From the NCBI GenBank assembly GCA_026025075.1, contig JAPEUI010000069.1, forward strand, positions 1 to 64,000: 64,000 nt of DNA, read 5' to 3'. Below are positions 13,565 through 26,543 of the stretch, one piece after another. A model generated the notes under the pieces. That model worked only from the letters and a program-made list of their open reading frames with translations, made no database searches and was not told the DNA's origin. The translations under genes and the position numbers were made by a program. The stretch comes from Vezdaea acicularis. Taxonomy: Eukaryota. How positions within the stretch are numbered: the first letter of the stretch is position 1; each line of letters opens with the position of its first letter.

Positions 13565-14739
13565 ATGGCGGCTGCTGTGCAAGGAGGTGCTATGTGAGTT
13601 AGCTTGGACTTCTGAATAGCGATACATGTAACGCTGATGCTAGTCGCTATCTAGCTCAAAGCGGAGGAAGTTTGTCGCAGGTATATATCAATTCACTACT
13701 ACCATGATGTCTTGTGCGAATCTCGCGTACAATAAGATCAATACGACGGTATTCATGCAATTACTCTTTGATCCAGCCGCGAAAATTAAAATCAAATATC
13801 TGGAGCCGACTACTCTATTCTGGAGCAACAGCCGTACATAAATTGCATTTCGGATTATACAATGGACTTAGGAGTTCTTTTTGCTGATATTGTCAATGTA
13901 GATGGTGTGTTCTACGCCGAGTTGAATGAGTTCTTCCAGAGGGAATTAGCTGAAGAGGGCTATTCGGGCGTGGAAGTTCGAGTCACACCAACGGTCACGG
14001 ACATCAGTACGTTCTGTAGCACTCATATTAAAAGAGAAAGCTAATTTCGTGGCTCAGTCATCCGAGCAACCCATACCCAAGAAGTTCTCGGAGAGCAAGG
14101 ACGCCGAATTCGCGAGCTCACCTCCCTCATTCAAAAACGATTCAAGTTCCCCGAGAACTCCGTCTCTCTCTATGCTGCGAAGGTCCAAAATCGGGGTCTT
14201 TCAGCCGTTGCTCAATGCGAGTCTCTTCGGTACAAACTTCTCAACGGTCTTGCTGTTCGGAGAGCATGTTACGGTGTCTTGAGGTTCATTATGGAAAGCG
14301 GCGCGAAGGGTTGCGAAGTTGTCGTCAGCGGCAAACTTAGGGCTGCTCGAGCGAAGAGCATGAAATTTACTGTAAGGACTCGGCTCTAGCTACGGGAATG
14401 GAAGATTGCTAATTTTCACAGGATGGCTTCATGATTCACTCCGGTCAACCAGCGAAAGATTTCATCGATTCTGCGACTCGTCATGTCTTACTTCGTCAGG
14501 GCGTACTCGGTATCAAAGTCAAGATCATGCGTGGTTCAGATCCTGAGGGCAAGTCTGGTCCCCAGAAATCTCTGCCGGACTCTGTGACTATCATCGAGCC
14601 AAAGGAGGAGCAAACTGTAGTACAGCCTATGAGCCAAGATTATGGAGCGAAGGCAATCGCCGCGCAACAAGCCGCTGAGCAACAAAGATTGGCAGAACAG
14701 CAAGGAGAGGGAGAGCCGGCGGGTTATGCACAGGAGTAG
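13565..14739 (+). CDS. RPS3: 40S ribosomal protein S3 (uS3)
   Basis: [38 protein letters not shown]...[22 protein letters not shown]; four introns. Confidence 0.97.
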
Positions 14740-15029
14740 CGTGATGTAGCCGATTACAGGTACGGCATCGGGCGGTGGTTGAAAACTGTGCTTGAAGCCA
14801 AAGATATTGTAGGCGACCAGATTTGCTGTAACCATAGCTTAAAGCAGCCTTTTCAAAGCTCTTAGCAACGCCGTTGGGAGGATGTGTGGTGACTTTGTAG
14901 TTGCAGAGGTAGTTCAAACAGTACTCCCCTGAAACTGCCACAAAATGCCGCCTCGCCTACCGCAAAAAAATCGCGGGTACGTTTGGTCGATCACACTGAG
15001 CATTTGAGACATAATTATCTTTCCTTCCA

Positions 15030-17600
15030 ATGCGGAGAACAGTTGATCTCACGGTAAATGTCTGTCTTGATTGCCAGATAAGACTTAGATATTCCCGGCC
15101 TTCGTCAGGAGCTATACTTTCAAGTCGCCAGAATGCCTTACGATTCCACTCGGCCGCGACGAAGAGGTCACCAAATCTTGTCACGTTTGAGACGACAGAA
15201 CACCAGCGCCCCCCCAGGTGGAAGAAGAGCTTCATTGAGACGACCTCCCAGCTAGATCAGCGTGCATTGGGCGAGGTATCCGAACTCTTCATTCTTCGAG
15301 AATCTATGCTCAGTAAAAAGCCTTCAAGATTCGTCACTGAATCCCCGAGCACTCCGCCAAGCATGGACCAATTCAGTCCGGATCAATTGTTATCGCAAGT
15401 CAATAACGAAAGTGCTCTTTTGGCGGCAGAAGAAATATGGCAGAACATAGAAGGCTTAAGGCCCACTGGGCCGTATAACACGCTCAGCCGACCAAGCTTC
15501 GAACGACTAGCTGACCGCATTGCTGGAGGCTTTACTTTGTCACAACTGAAAGCGTATCTGCGAAGGTGGAAGCAAGCCAAGGAAATAATACGACACGGTA
15601 TAAGAGGTAGGCCTAGTGATGGCTCATTAGTCCGCGAGACGAAGCCTTGGGAACCTTCAATCGGCCATTCTGATGACCCTCTCACTGCAACCTTTCCCGA
15701 GAACCAAACTTCTTCCAAAGTTCTTGAGCGGCGAAAGATAGCTTTTGCAGCCCAGATAATTCGACGAATCTGGGGTGTGGAGATTGAAGGGGAATCCATC
15801 CAGCTTGGGGAAGCTGAGATTCAGGTATCTTTGCTTCACGCATCGATGCTTTTAATGCCAAGTGCGGTCACCAACTTCAATTGTAACAGTGCATTGGCTG
15901 ACTCATGTTGCTTAGATCGTCCGTTTCTTAAGCATTTTGCAACTCAACACGGAGCTGAGATAGACGTTATAAGATCAAAAGGCCTCGTACGGATTACAGC
16001 TAAAAAAGACACCTATCGGGCTATTTCTCGGGACATCGGAAGTGCACTAAGAAACGTAAGGTGCATGAAAGTGAACGTCAGGATTTTGCAAGATCTAAGG
16101 ACAGCGCCGAAAGAACGTCTTAGTAATGAGTTCCTGAGCAGTGTTTCTCATCTTACAGGCACTCATATGGAGATGGCCCAAGACAGGGAAAATGTAGGCC
16201 AGATCAGTTCACTGCAGCATGCTTGGTGAAGACAGTCTAACATTAAGCAGGTCTATATACATTACTTTGGACCCACAAACACAGACGCGGAAGACGCTAG
16301 ACGTCTCATTCTTTCGTCCATCAGACGTCCTCTTAAGATACGTAAGATTCTAGTACAACATGCCAGTAGAGATGAATCCCAGAAGCTTTTCTTGTGCCCA
16401 GTTGCACGAAATTTGGACATGGCATGGATTGATCAGAGGATGCAGTACTCGAGGTTGTCCTCCGGAATCGAGGGTTCGTCAGACATCGCTACCACTTTCT
16501 CCAGCCATGACTTGCGACCGCCTATATCGGGACCCAAAGAGCAAAAGTCCGTGGATCTATTTTTAGATGAACTTACCCTTGACACTGCTCGTTACGATTC
16601 AAGAATGATTGAGGGCGAGCAGTCTAGATCAGACAAACTCTCGGAGGATGATAGCACTTGTTCGTGGGCAAAGACTGCAAGGATCTGCGAGTTTGCCACG
16701 TTCGGGATTACCCTTTTGGACACGCCGGATCAGGACGCCATAACTCCTGTAGAAGATAGTGACAAGAAGTTGCTGGAACAAATTCAGTGGAAATTTTGGA
16801 CTGTAATCCCCAAAATGGATGGGATTCTTCAGAGACTACGCCAGACTTCCGACGATATTCGACGAAAGTTAACTATAAATCTTGTACCCTCCCCTTGGAA
16901 ACCCGACGGGTCAGAGGCGTCAATACATGCTCCCGATCTAAAGATTGAAGTTGAAGTTTCCAGACCAGGGGAAACTAGGACATTGACACTATCAGATGTC
17001 CATGCTGTGATAGGAGTACGAGATGCTGGTTTGATACGCCCTCATCGGAGCGCCGACATAAAGTTTACGAAAGTAAAGGAACTCCCCTTGATAAATCCAT
17101 CGTTGAACGAAGGGATTGTCAAGTTTCTAGATGAGAGTAATCTTAACATATCTGGACAAGATATGTTAAGGACGCCTGCAATCACCATTATCGACATACC
17201 TGAATGGACACTAAGGGAGGCTGAGTCTGAGCCTGGTTTAGGAGAAAAGAAAATCAGCATGGAGTACGCTCTTTCGAGTCTCGAGTACACGGAGACCATT
17301 GAACTTGACTTTGAAGGTTGGGATATCCTTTTTTCCACGGTAGAAGCTGGAAAAACCGGAGGAAGGAGGAAAGAGATTAGGATGGCCCGGAAGAGAAGAG
17401 AGTTGCCTTGCAATCTGCCGAGGGACCAATACGAAAGCCCAGAGCAGAGTCGCTCAGAGGCACTTGAAGAAGCCGACTCGGGCATTCCATCGTTCGCTGA
17501 GTTTTCTGAAACTGCATGTCGCTTTGCGGATAAGATCGAAAGAGCATCGTCTGGCGCAGAGATAATGCCTAGGGCTACCACCACGACTATTAGAACTTAG
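15030..17600 (+). CDS. mitochondrial inner-membrane SLS1/Rmp1-like protein (putative)
   Basis: Presequence-like N-terminus with CxxC, FTLSQLKAYL, IIRRIWGVEI and VEAGKTGGRR; introns 15862-15915 and 16194-16250 join the two ORFs in frame. Family call is from recalled similarity. Confidence 0.6.
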
Positions 17601-17861
17601 TTTCAAGTATGAAAATCCATACAAAGAGAGGTTAGATTGTGGTAATATGTTCTTATGGTGCCGTTGTAAGCGGTAGATGATCGAAGAGTCTATTGGTTCT
17701 CCAGCCCGCAGGAAAGGGTAAGGCTACGACTTTGTGGTGATCACGCAAACTTTTGTTAGCACTGAAAAAGTATCGGGTGAAGCTGGCTATGCCCATTCAA
17801 AGTTGTATTAGCTCAAGCTTGATTTATATCTGTCTCCCGCAATCTGTCACTTGTATCCAGT

Positions 17862-17903
17862 TTAGGGTTTCAAAGTGAAGCTCGCCGAAAGGAGCTGTGA
17901 CTG
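17862..17903 (+). promoter_or_regulatory. TTAGGGTT telo-box plus Homol-D-like TGTGACTG in the TEF1 promoter
   Basis: TTAGGGTT at 17862-17869 and TGTGACTG at 17896-17903; Homol-D (CAGTCACA) is a known translation-gene promoter element. Confidence 0.5.
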
Positions 17904-18186
17904 TGTTTGTGTGGCACAAAATTTGCCAAGGCCTCTCTAAGCGAGCGTTGGGTAATGCCTACTTAACCCCACTGACTCTTGAAATCTTCTTTTCCTCCTC
18001 GTCACCCACACCGAACAAAATCACGTTCATCTGGGAGTAGGTCATCACCATTCTTCCTCTACAGTCTTACCGCTCATTCATAGATAAGCTGACTTGTTAA
18101 CATCTTATACAGCTTTTACTCTTCTCACGATTATCCTTCATTCACAGTCAACTCATTTACCTCAACTTCAGTAAATCAATTTCACA

Positions 18187-20021
<1,835 letters not shown>

Positions 20022-20833
20022 TTGGATAGGCGGCAGGAAGTTCAAAAGCGAGATATCATTGTGGGCAATGATTTTAAGGGCCGGCAGGGCGACTTAGACT
20101 TGTTTACCTGGCATTGGGCAATCATGGTCTATATTCTCTGTGTTCTCTCTTCCATGATCCTACCTTCCACCTCTTCTTTGTACTTTGGCAATATTCCTTT
20201 GCATTGAACCCCTTCTGCCTGCATTTGTTTACGGTCCTCTGATGAGCAATCAAGGCAGATTCAAGATGCAAATCCTCTATGTTTACGGGTACACGATGGG
20301 ATAAAGGGCTTGGGATGATCTCATGAGCGAACTGAAAGCGTTCCTGACAGTCAATAATGAGAGCTACTTGAGCCATATCTAATCGCGTGATGTGTAAAGT
20401 CATATATTGTAGTGATGCTAAATTATCAGTCTATTGTTGCATCCCACCATCCCCCGTAAGGCTATCCGTATGGACAGCTTCATCCGGTTTAGCCAGCTTC
20501 CCCTATATTTGGGCAAACGTAACTAAAATCGACCCGTTCACAAGGCATCCCACTAGCGTCAATCAATACCAGTGGCAGGAATGAGTTCGAACATGCGGAT
20601 CGTTTACTTAAGGGTTCCTTTCCTCATCAAGGTCTATTGCAATGGGCACTTGCCCACAGCAGGCCAAACAACAAGATCTAGCCGTGACATTCCACAAGAA
20701 CGAACGTCACACGAGCCGTTACGTTACAAAGCAAAGGCCATGATACCGCATCTATCACCAACCGCCGTTACCGCCCGCCGAAAAACGCCAAGTAGTAAAA
20801 CACAAATCCATCGGTCCTGCCATCCAGCATTAG

Positions 20834-22800
20834 CTAATTCGCCTCTTCCATTGCTCTGAGAACCGGATACAGCGTCTCGGCATCACTCTTTTCCCTCGCA
20901 GTCTCGAGGGCTGGCTTCTTGGCCTCGTCTTCGTGACCGACTTCCATGTCCTGGTCGCCATCGGGGTCTTCGTGCGCGTACTCCTTCCGCTCGAGCTTCT
21001 CCCGGATGACGAGGCGTAGTTGCTCGATTAGTCGCATGTTCTCCACCCATGTCTCCTGCCCGTCTGTTTCGCCGTCCGTGCTCTTCTCGTTCGGGCTCCC
21101 CAGCGCTTCGAGAGCAGGGTCGATCACGCTGGCTTGTGGCGTGGCCTTGATTTCGGGCGTGGCCGAGCCGGAGCCAGTGTCCATCTCATCCTCGCTGCTG
21201 CGCGTCTGCGATTTTGAGGAGGCCTTTTGGAGGACCCCGCCTGGGAAGCGCCGACGCGGATCGTTGTCAAAGTCATTACCTAGTACGCTTGTTGGGGCGC
21301 CGCTGGTGGCCGGGTAAGCGTCCGTCATCTCGGTCGCGGAGCTGGTGGTGGGGAGGTTCGGGTAGAGGCCTCCGCCCATGGAGCTGCGAGGAGTGTAGGA
21401 TACGCTGTGTGCGCTGGCCATGGTATCAGGGGAGTTTCCGCTGGTGTGGCTTAGGCTCGAGCTTGGTGGGCTGAGACCTGGTGTCATAGAATCGTGGGGT
21501 GAGGCGGTAGCGTGGATATGGCCGCCGTTACCGCTTGTAGTGGTAGCATACGGAGGGGAGTTGCGGGGATGCAGCCCAGATACGGGTTGAACGCTAGCTG
21601 TGGCGGCGTGAGATGGGCTCTCGTAGATGGTGGTCTGCATTTGCTCCAGAATTTGATCGACGTTTTGGAGGTCGGTCTTGGTTCTGATGTTGGGTAGTTG
21701 GGGAAGAGCATATTGTGGTTGTACAATAGGCCCTCCACTGTAATGCGAGTTTCCGGCAGTCATCATCATGGGCGCCGGCTGGGCGTATCCAAGAGCTGGC
21801 ACACCAATCTGGATCCCTTGTAAAGCAGCTAGGCGGTGTCCGATCTCGATATAAGAATGAGGGTCAAATTGCCTTCTCTTAGCGTCGCCAAAGAAATCAT
21901 TGAGAAGATCTAAGCTGCGATGGCGGGCATCAAACGAAGCAGCTTGGGACATGTCGGCACCCTGATTTGCACCATAATAGACCGGACCATAGCCTGCCGT
22001 CTGTTGCTGGGTCGGATAGTAGCCTCCATTGCCGTTATGGCCCTGGTGACCGTACTGCGGACCGCCATTAGACGGCAGAGGATTTTCGTAGTAGCCGGTC
22101 GCTGTTGCGGCGAGGGCTTGTAAGTCAGTGATTATTGCTATAGAGGATGTCAGGTAAAGGGATGGTAGACCGAACGGGGTACATTTTCTGTGCGGTATGT
22201 CTTCAAGAACAGAGAGTTAATGAGCGTACCTTTGCCATCTTCAACTCGAAAGCCAGGACCACGCTTTGCTGGGTCTGGAGACCGTAAAAGGACAGAGTCA
22301 TCTGCGTGTGTCTATGTGAATGAGCATGTTAGCTTTGAACCTCATCGATGATATATGAATGTTATGAGAGTGAACAAACCTTGACATGCTTCTTCAGATC
22401 TTGAGGCCGCTTGAAAGACTTGCCGCAGAAGTCGCACTTGTGGGGCTTCAAAGGGACATGGACTCGAATATGGGAGGTAATATGATCACGCTTCACAGTC
22501 GTTGTTCGACAGGCGCCCCAGCAACATGTCAGATTCAAATTGTTGGTACTCTTGCGACCTACATGTCGCTCGCATATATGGTCCTAAGGAGCAAATGTTA
22601 GGTCTACGCCCTACAGTTGGAAAGAATCGCTTTGAACTAGGCTGATAACGTACATAAAGAAGCTCGGGACTCGCGCATCTTTCCCCACATCCGTTCCACT
22701 GGCAGGCGAGGAGTTCGTCATTCTTGTTCTGTTGTGAGGCCAGCGACTGCTGCTGCTCAGCGGGGGCTGCAGCAGCTGGGCCTTGGTCGGTCGAGGACAT
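20834..22800 (-). CDS. pacC: pH-response C2H2 transcription factor PacC/Rim101
   Basis: Three zinc fingers (CQWNGC...[19 protein letters not shown]...[40 protein letters not shown]), YPxL motifs LYPNL and LYPVL, signalling-protease box [12 protein letters not shown]; three introns. Confidence 0.96.
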
Positions 22801-22820
22801 TTTGAGAGGGTCTCGGCGGT

Positions 22821-23575
22821 CTTGGCTCAACTTCCTCCTTTGAAATTCAAGGTATGCGGCTCTTGGAAGTCCGGAGCGCGAGAATGTTGGCTTTGTCAGA
22901 ACAACGCGCCGGGCCGAGGTGTCACCAATTTTCAGAATCGAAAACGGAGCAGATTCGAGTGAACGACGACCTCGACGAGAGTGGGAGAAAGCCTTTTAGA
23001 GGGCGAGTTGGGAGCGCTCACGGGAACGAGGCGGAGGCGGGAATTGTCAGAAGGAGCCTTGGCGAGGGGTGCCAAGACCGTCCTTGGCGCAGCCCGAGGA
23101 CTTGGACGCCGTGACAAGCATGACGGGCATGCCACCGTGGGTCTTTTCTTTTCGGCTCGAATGCCATGGACAATCTCACGGTGGTGCGCGGCGGTGCGAT
23201 GCTTTCTCTGCAAGAGCGAGTACAAAAGACTGGGCGGCCGCAAGTGCCAAGACGCGCTACGGACATGCCAAGGCGCTAGGCCGTCCGGGATGTGATCCAC
23301 TCGAGAAGGAGCATCAGGCATCGGACTGCCGAGCGGCAGGCTCGCCGTGACGCGGTCGTTCAGAACGACCCTCGACGCCCTCCAATTGCGCTTTTTATCT
23401 ATTGTGCTCCTCGGCGTGGTCTGGACATGTCTTCAAGAGAGACCCAGGTTTCATGTAGGAAATTAGCTTGGATACCTTGATTTCTTCAGTATCATCCATC
23501 TGTCCTCGTGTTATAGTGAAGGTACTAGGTTGGTGAAATGGGCAACAGGACCACAACCGCGTTCGATATGCCAAG
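22821..23575. promoter_or_regulatory. cluster of seven PacC consensus sites (GCCARG) upstream of pacC
   Basis: GCCAAG/CTTGGC at 22821, 23058, 23071, 23083, 23246, 23267 and 23570. Confidence 0.75.
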
Positions 23576-23983
23576 TCATCTATACGACGAATAACAGCCA
23601 CAAGCCGCTGTCAATATTGAGCCAACACCCTCGACTTGGGGGCGAGCAGAGACCCTACTGATGACAAGACTTGCCCTACGTCATACTTGCTGTCAAAAAG
23701 ATTCGCTGATACCCAGCTCTGAGGCTTTGGTTTCAACAGCGATTTTAATTGGCGAGTGAATAGTAGCCTTTATTATGAGTGACCTGGGAGTTTCACGGTC
23801 GGTTGGTAGTGGTATTGTTACTACATCGTACGAAGCAAGACGCACAGGGAAGTCAACATAGAAGCGGAACAAGTGGACTGCCGTGGTTATCATAGTATGA
23901 ACTCAGGTGTTGGAGGACTCTGCACGTTTGATATGCTTTGCAGGATTTCCAGAGTATATCTCTCTATGCATAGATGCTCTAAA

Positions 23984-26127
23984 CTATGCAATATCCAAGT
24001 CCCCTCGGCCTTTCTTTGACCGCTTCCTTTTTTTGCTCTTTCGCGGAGTATCGACCTCACCAGTTCTTCCATCGACTTGAACCACTTTACTGTCGAGAGC
24101 GGCTTCCTTAGAGATAACCTCATGTAGTTGTAAACGTGGTCCATTCTCATCTCCAAATGTCTCCTTGCGCCACTGTCTCAATCGCGCCTTCTTACCTAGC
24201 TTCTTTTTGTCCTTCTGCTTTTTCTCCTTATCCCTAAATGCTGCTAGTTTCTTGAGACCAGCATATTGGTTCAAGTCTCGATCGCTCGCCATCAGGATGT
24301 CATGGGCAGTAAGTCCATAAGTAAGCGGGGATGTTTCGCGATACCTAAACTGCGCCCGAGACTTGTTTGATCCTCTGGGAAGCTCAAGGTCAAGCCTATC
24401 GTCTACAAGTTCTTCCACCAATCTTCTCTCTATGCGGGTTTCTTTCCTCTGTAGCTGTCGCTCCTGCAAGAATTCTTTCTTAGATTTAGACTTCTTGTTC
24501 AGAGCTTCAGCTTCAGCGTCAGCTTCTTGCGTCTCTACATTGCTCAGCTCAACCTCGTCACCCCCATCAGAGAGCGTAAAGAGGTGTGTCTCTTGTTCCT
24601 CTGGCTTAAAGTCAGGGATTAAATCCCGAATATCAATGTCGTCATCCCATTTTGGTTTCTTAAGCTTCTTTTTAGCCGGTTTGGATGAGCCGTCCTCATC
24701 ATCATTGCCATCGGCATCATCATAGTATTCATCACCAAACTTCTTTGCCATCTCTTCCTCCCATCGCTCATTATCCCAATTCTCATTGATGAACTTTGCC
24801 CAGTCGTCCTTTTGAAGAGCTTGGCCACGCAGCCCAGCTGCTTCTTTGATCTTTGCGAGTTTCTCCTCAACTTCTTCGATTTTTAGTCGCCTTAGCCTTA
24901 ACTTGTCCTCCTCTCGCTCTCTCTTCTTGGCCTCTTTTATCAACCTTTCCTCTTCTCGTGCCTTTCGCCTGCTAGTCGGTTGATCCCTCCTTACCGAATA
25001 TTTGGCCACCAAGTCCCTAGAATGTGACATAAGCTTCTCATTAATTTCTGCTGGATTCTCGAATCGCAGGTTGTACGCAGCTTCGAAGTCATCCGCGCGT
25101 TGATCTTCTTCATCATCATCCGACTCGAAAGGTTTGAAATGAGATTCTGTAGTTGACACCCATGCACGTGCTGCCATGAAATTGGAAAGGAAAGTTTCTG
25201 GATCTTTGTTTGCATCTGCAGGGTCTATGTTGACGCTCTTCTCCCCCCTTTGCCCTCTTGATATAGTTGAAGCCACCGGAACAGGTTTTACTTTTGGTAT
25301 CAAAAATCCACCATCTTCGTCGGAGCTTGTGCCAGAATTTTCTGCCTCCTCAACTGTCCCCTCGGCAGCAGCCTGATTGATCTCCCGCACAATGTCGTGC
25401 TTTAAATGATTCTGCTGTTGAGCATACGTCCGCGGCTTTTCAGTATCGTCTTCGGCGTCGTCACCAGCTAGGAGATTTTTTCGATGGTAGTCCCGAAGAA
25501 ACACTGGCCTTTCCTTCTTCGGCAGTTGAACACCACTATCGTCAGCATCAAATTTCGAATAGAAAGTGCTATCTTGCTTGTACACTCGAGGGTCTTTGGT
25601 CTTGATTGCTTGTAGCGTGGCCGAAATCTCTGCATCAACGGTCTCTGTCACCAAAAACCCATCGTCATCCTCGTCCTCAGAACTTGAAGAGCCGTCCTCA
25701 GATTTCTCTCTATCTATGCTTCCCTCGTGTTGATTCCCGGAAGGTCTTGTAGCATCTCCATATTTCTCTTGCACTATATTCCAACATTAATCGCCCTTCA
25801 GAACTAGAGTCTAAAATAAATCAACTCACGTCTAAGTAAATCCTCCCGCTTTTTGTTGTGCATGAATTTACGAGCGTAGTCCTCATTTATCTTGAATGTA
25901 GTATCATCATCATGAGAGGAAGCAGTGCGCCCGTTCAATGGGACACCCCCATGATCCAGACCAAAATCCTCGTCACTGTCAGAGCTGCCATCCTCCAGCA
26001 ATGTGACTGAGTTCTTAAGGGGAGGATCACTCTTCGCATGTCGTGGGCTATTCGATGCCAAGTTGGGTCTTGTTCTCTTGTTCGGTATTGCTGCGCCGTT
26101 TGGCGCTTCTTCGTTGACCCTCACCAT
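23984..26127 (-). CDS. KRI1: 40S biogenesis factor Kri1
   Basis: FKINEDYARKFMHNKKREDL, KDPRVY, FEAAYNLRFE, FRYRETSP..GLT..DIL.A.D..LNQYAGLKKLAAFR; one intron ~25774-25829. Confidence 0.93.
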
Positions 26128-26543
26128 CTTCGTCGAGTGTGATCACCATCAAAAGAGCTAATGCAATATTTTGCGGGAGGACTCTCACAATTCATAGCGT
26201 CATTCTGGATGGCGGATAGGTTACAATGTATGGAACATTAACAGACAAGAACGTCTGACTCTCAGCTAATTGTGTGTTCAAGTTGAATGGGAATACAAAA
26301 ATATTTTATAGGTTGGTGGGATGAGGCCCGACCTCCGGCATAAAGTGGTTGCGATGCCGATCCGCGTCGCGTGTGCTTGTAACCCTGCATATACCAAACC
26401 CCAATGTATGCCGGTTTCAAATGGACGTTTACCACGATGATCGTATGTCGTCTACCATGATTAACTTTCACGAGTATCTTCAGGATCAGAGCCCGTGAAT
26501 AGGTTTGCTCACTGGGCAGGGATCTGTGCCAAGTGTAGCCATT

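Noticed and set aside
22854..23480. Multiple ORFs upstream of pacC and an in-frame TTG at 22830
   Set aside because: The region is a GC-rich promoter; nothing supports non-AUG initiation over the good-context ATG at 22800.
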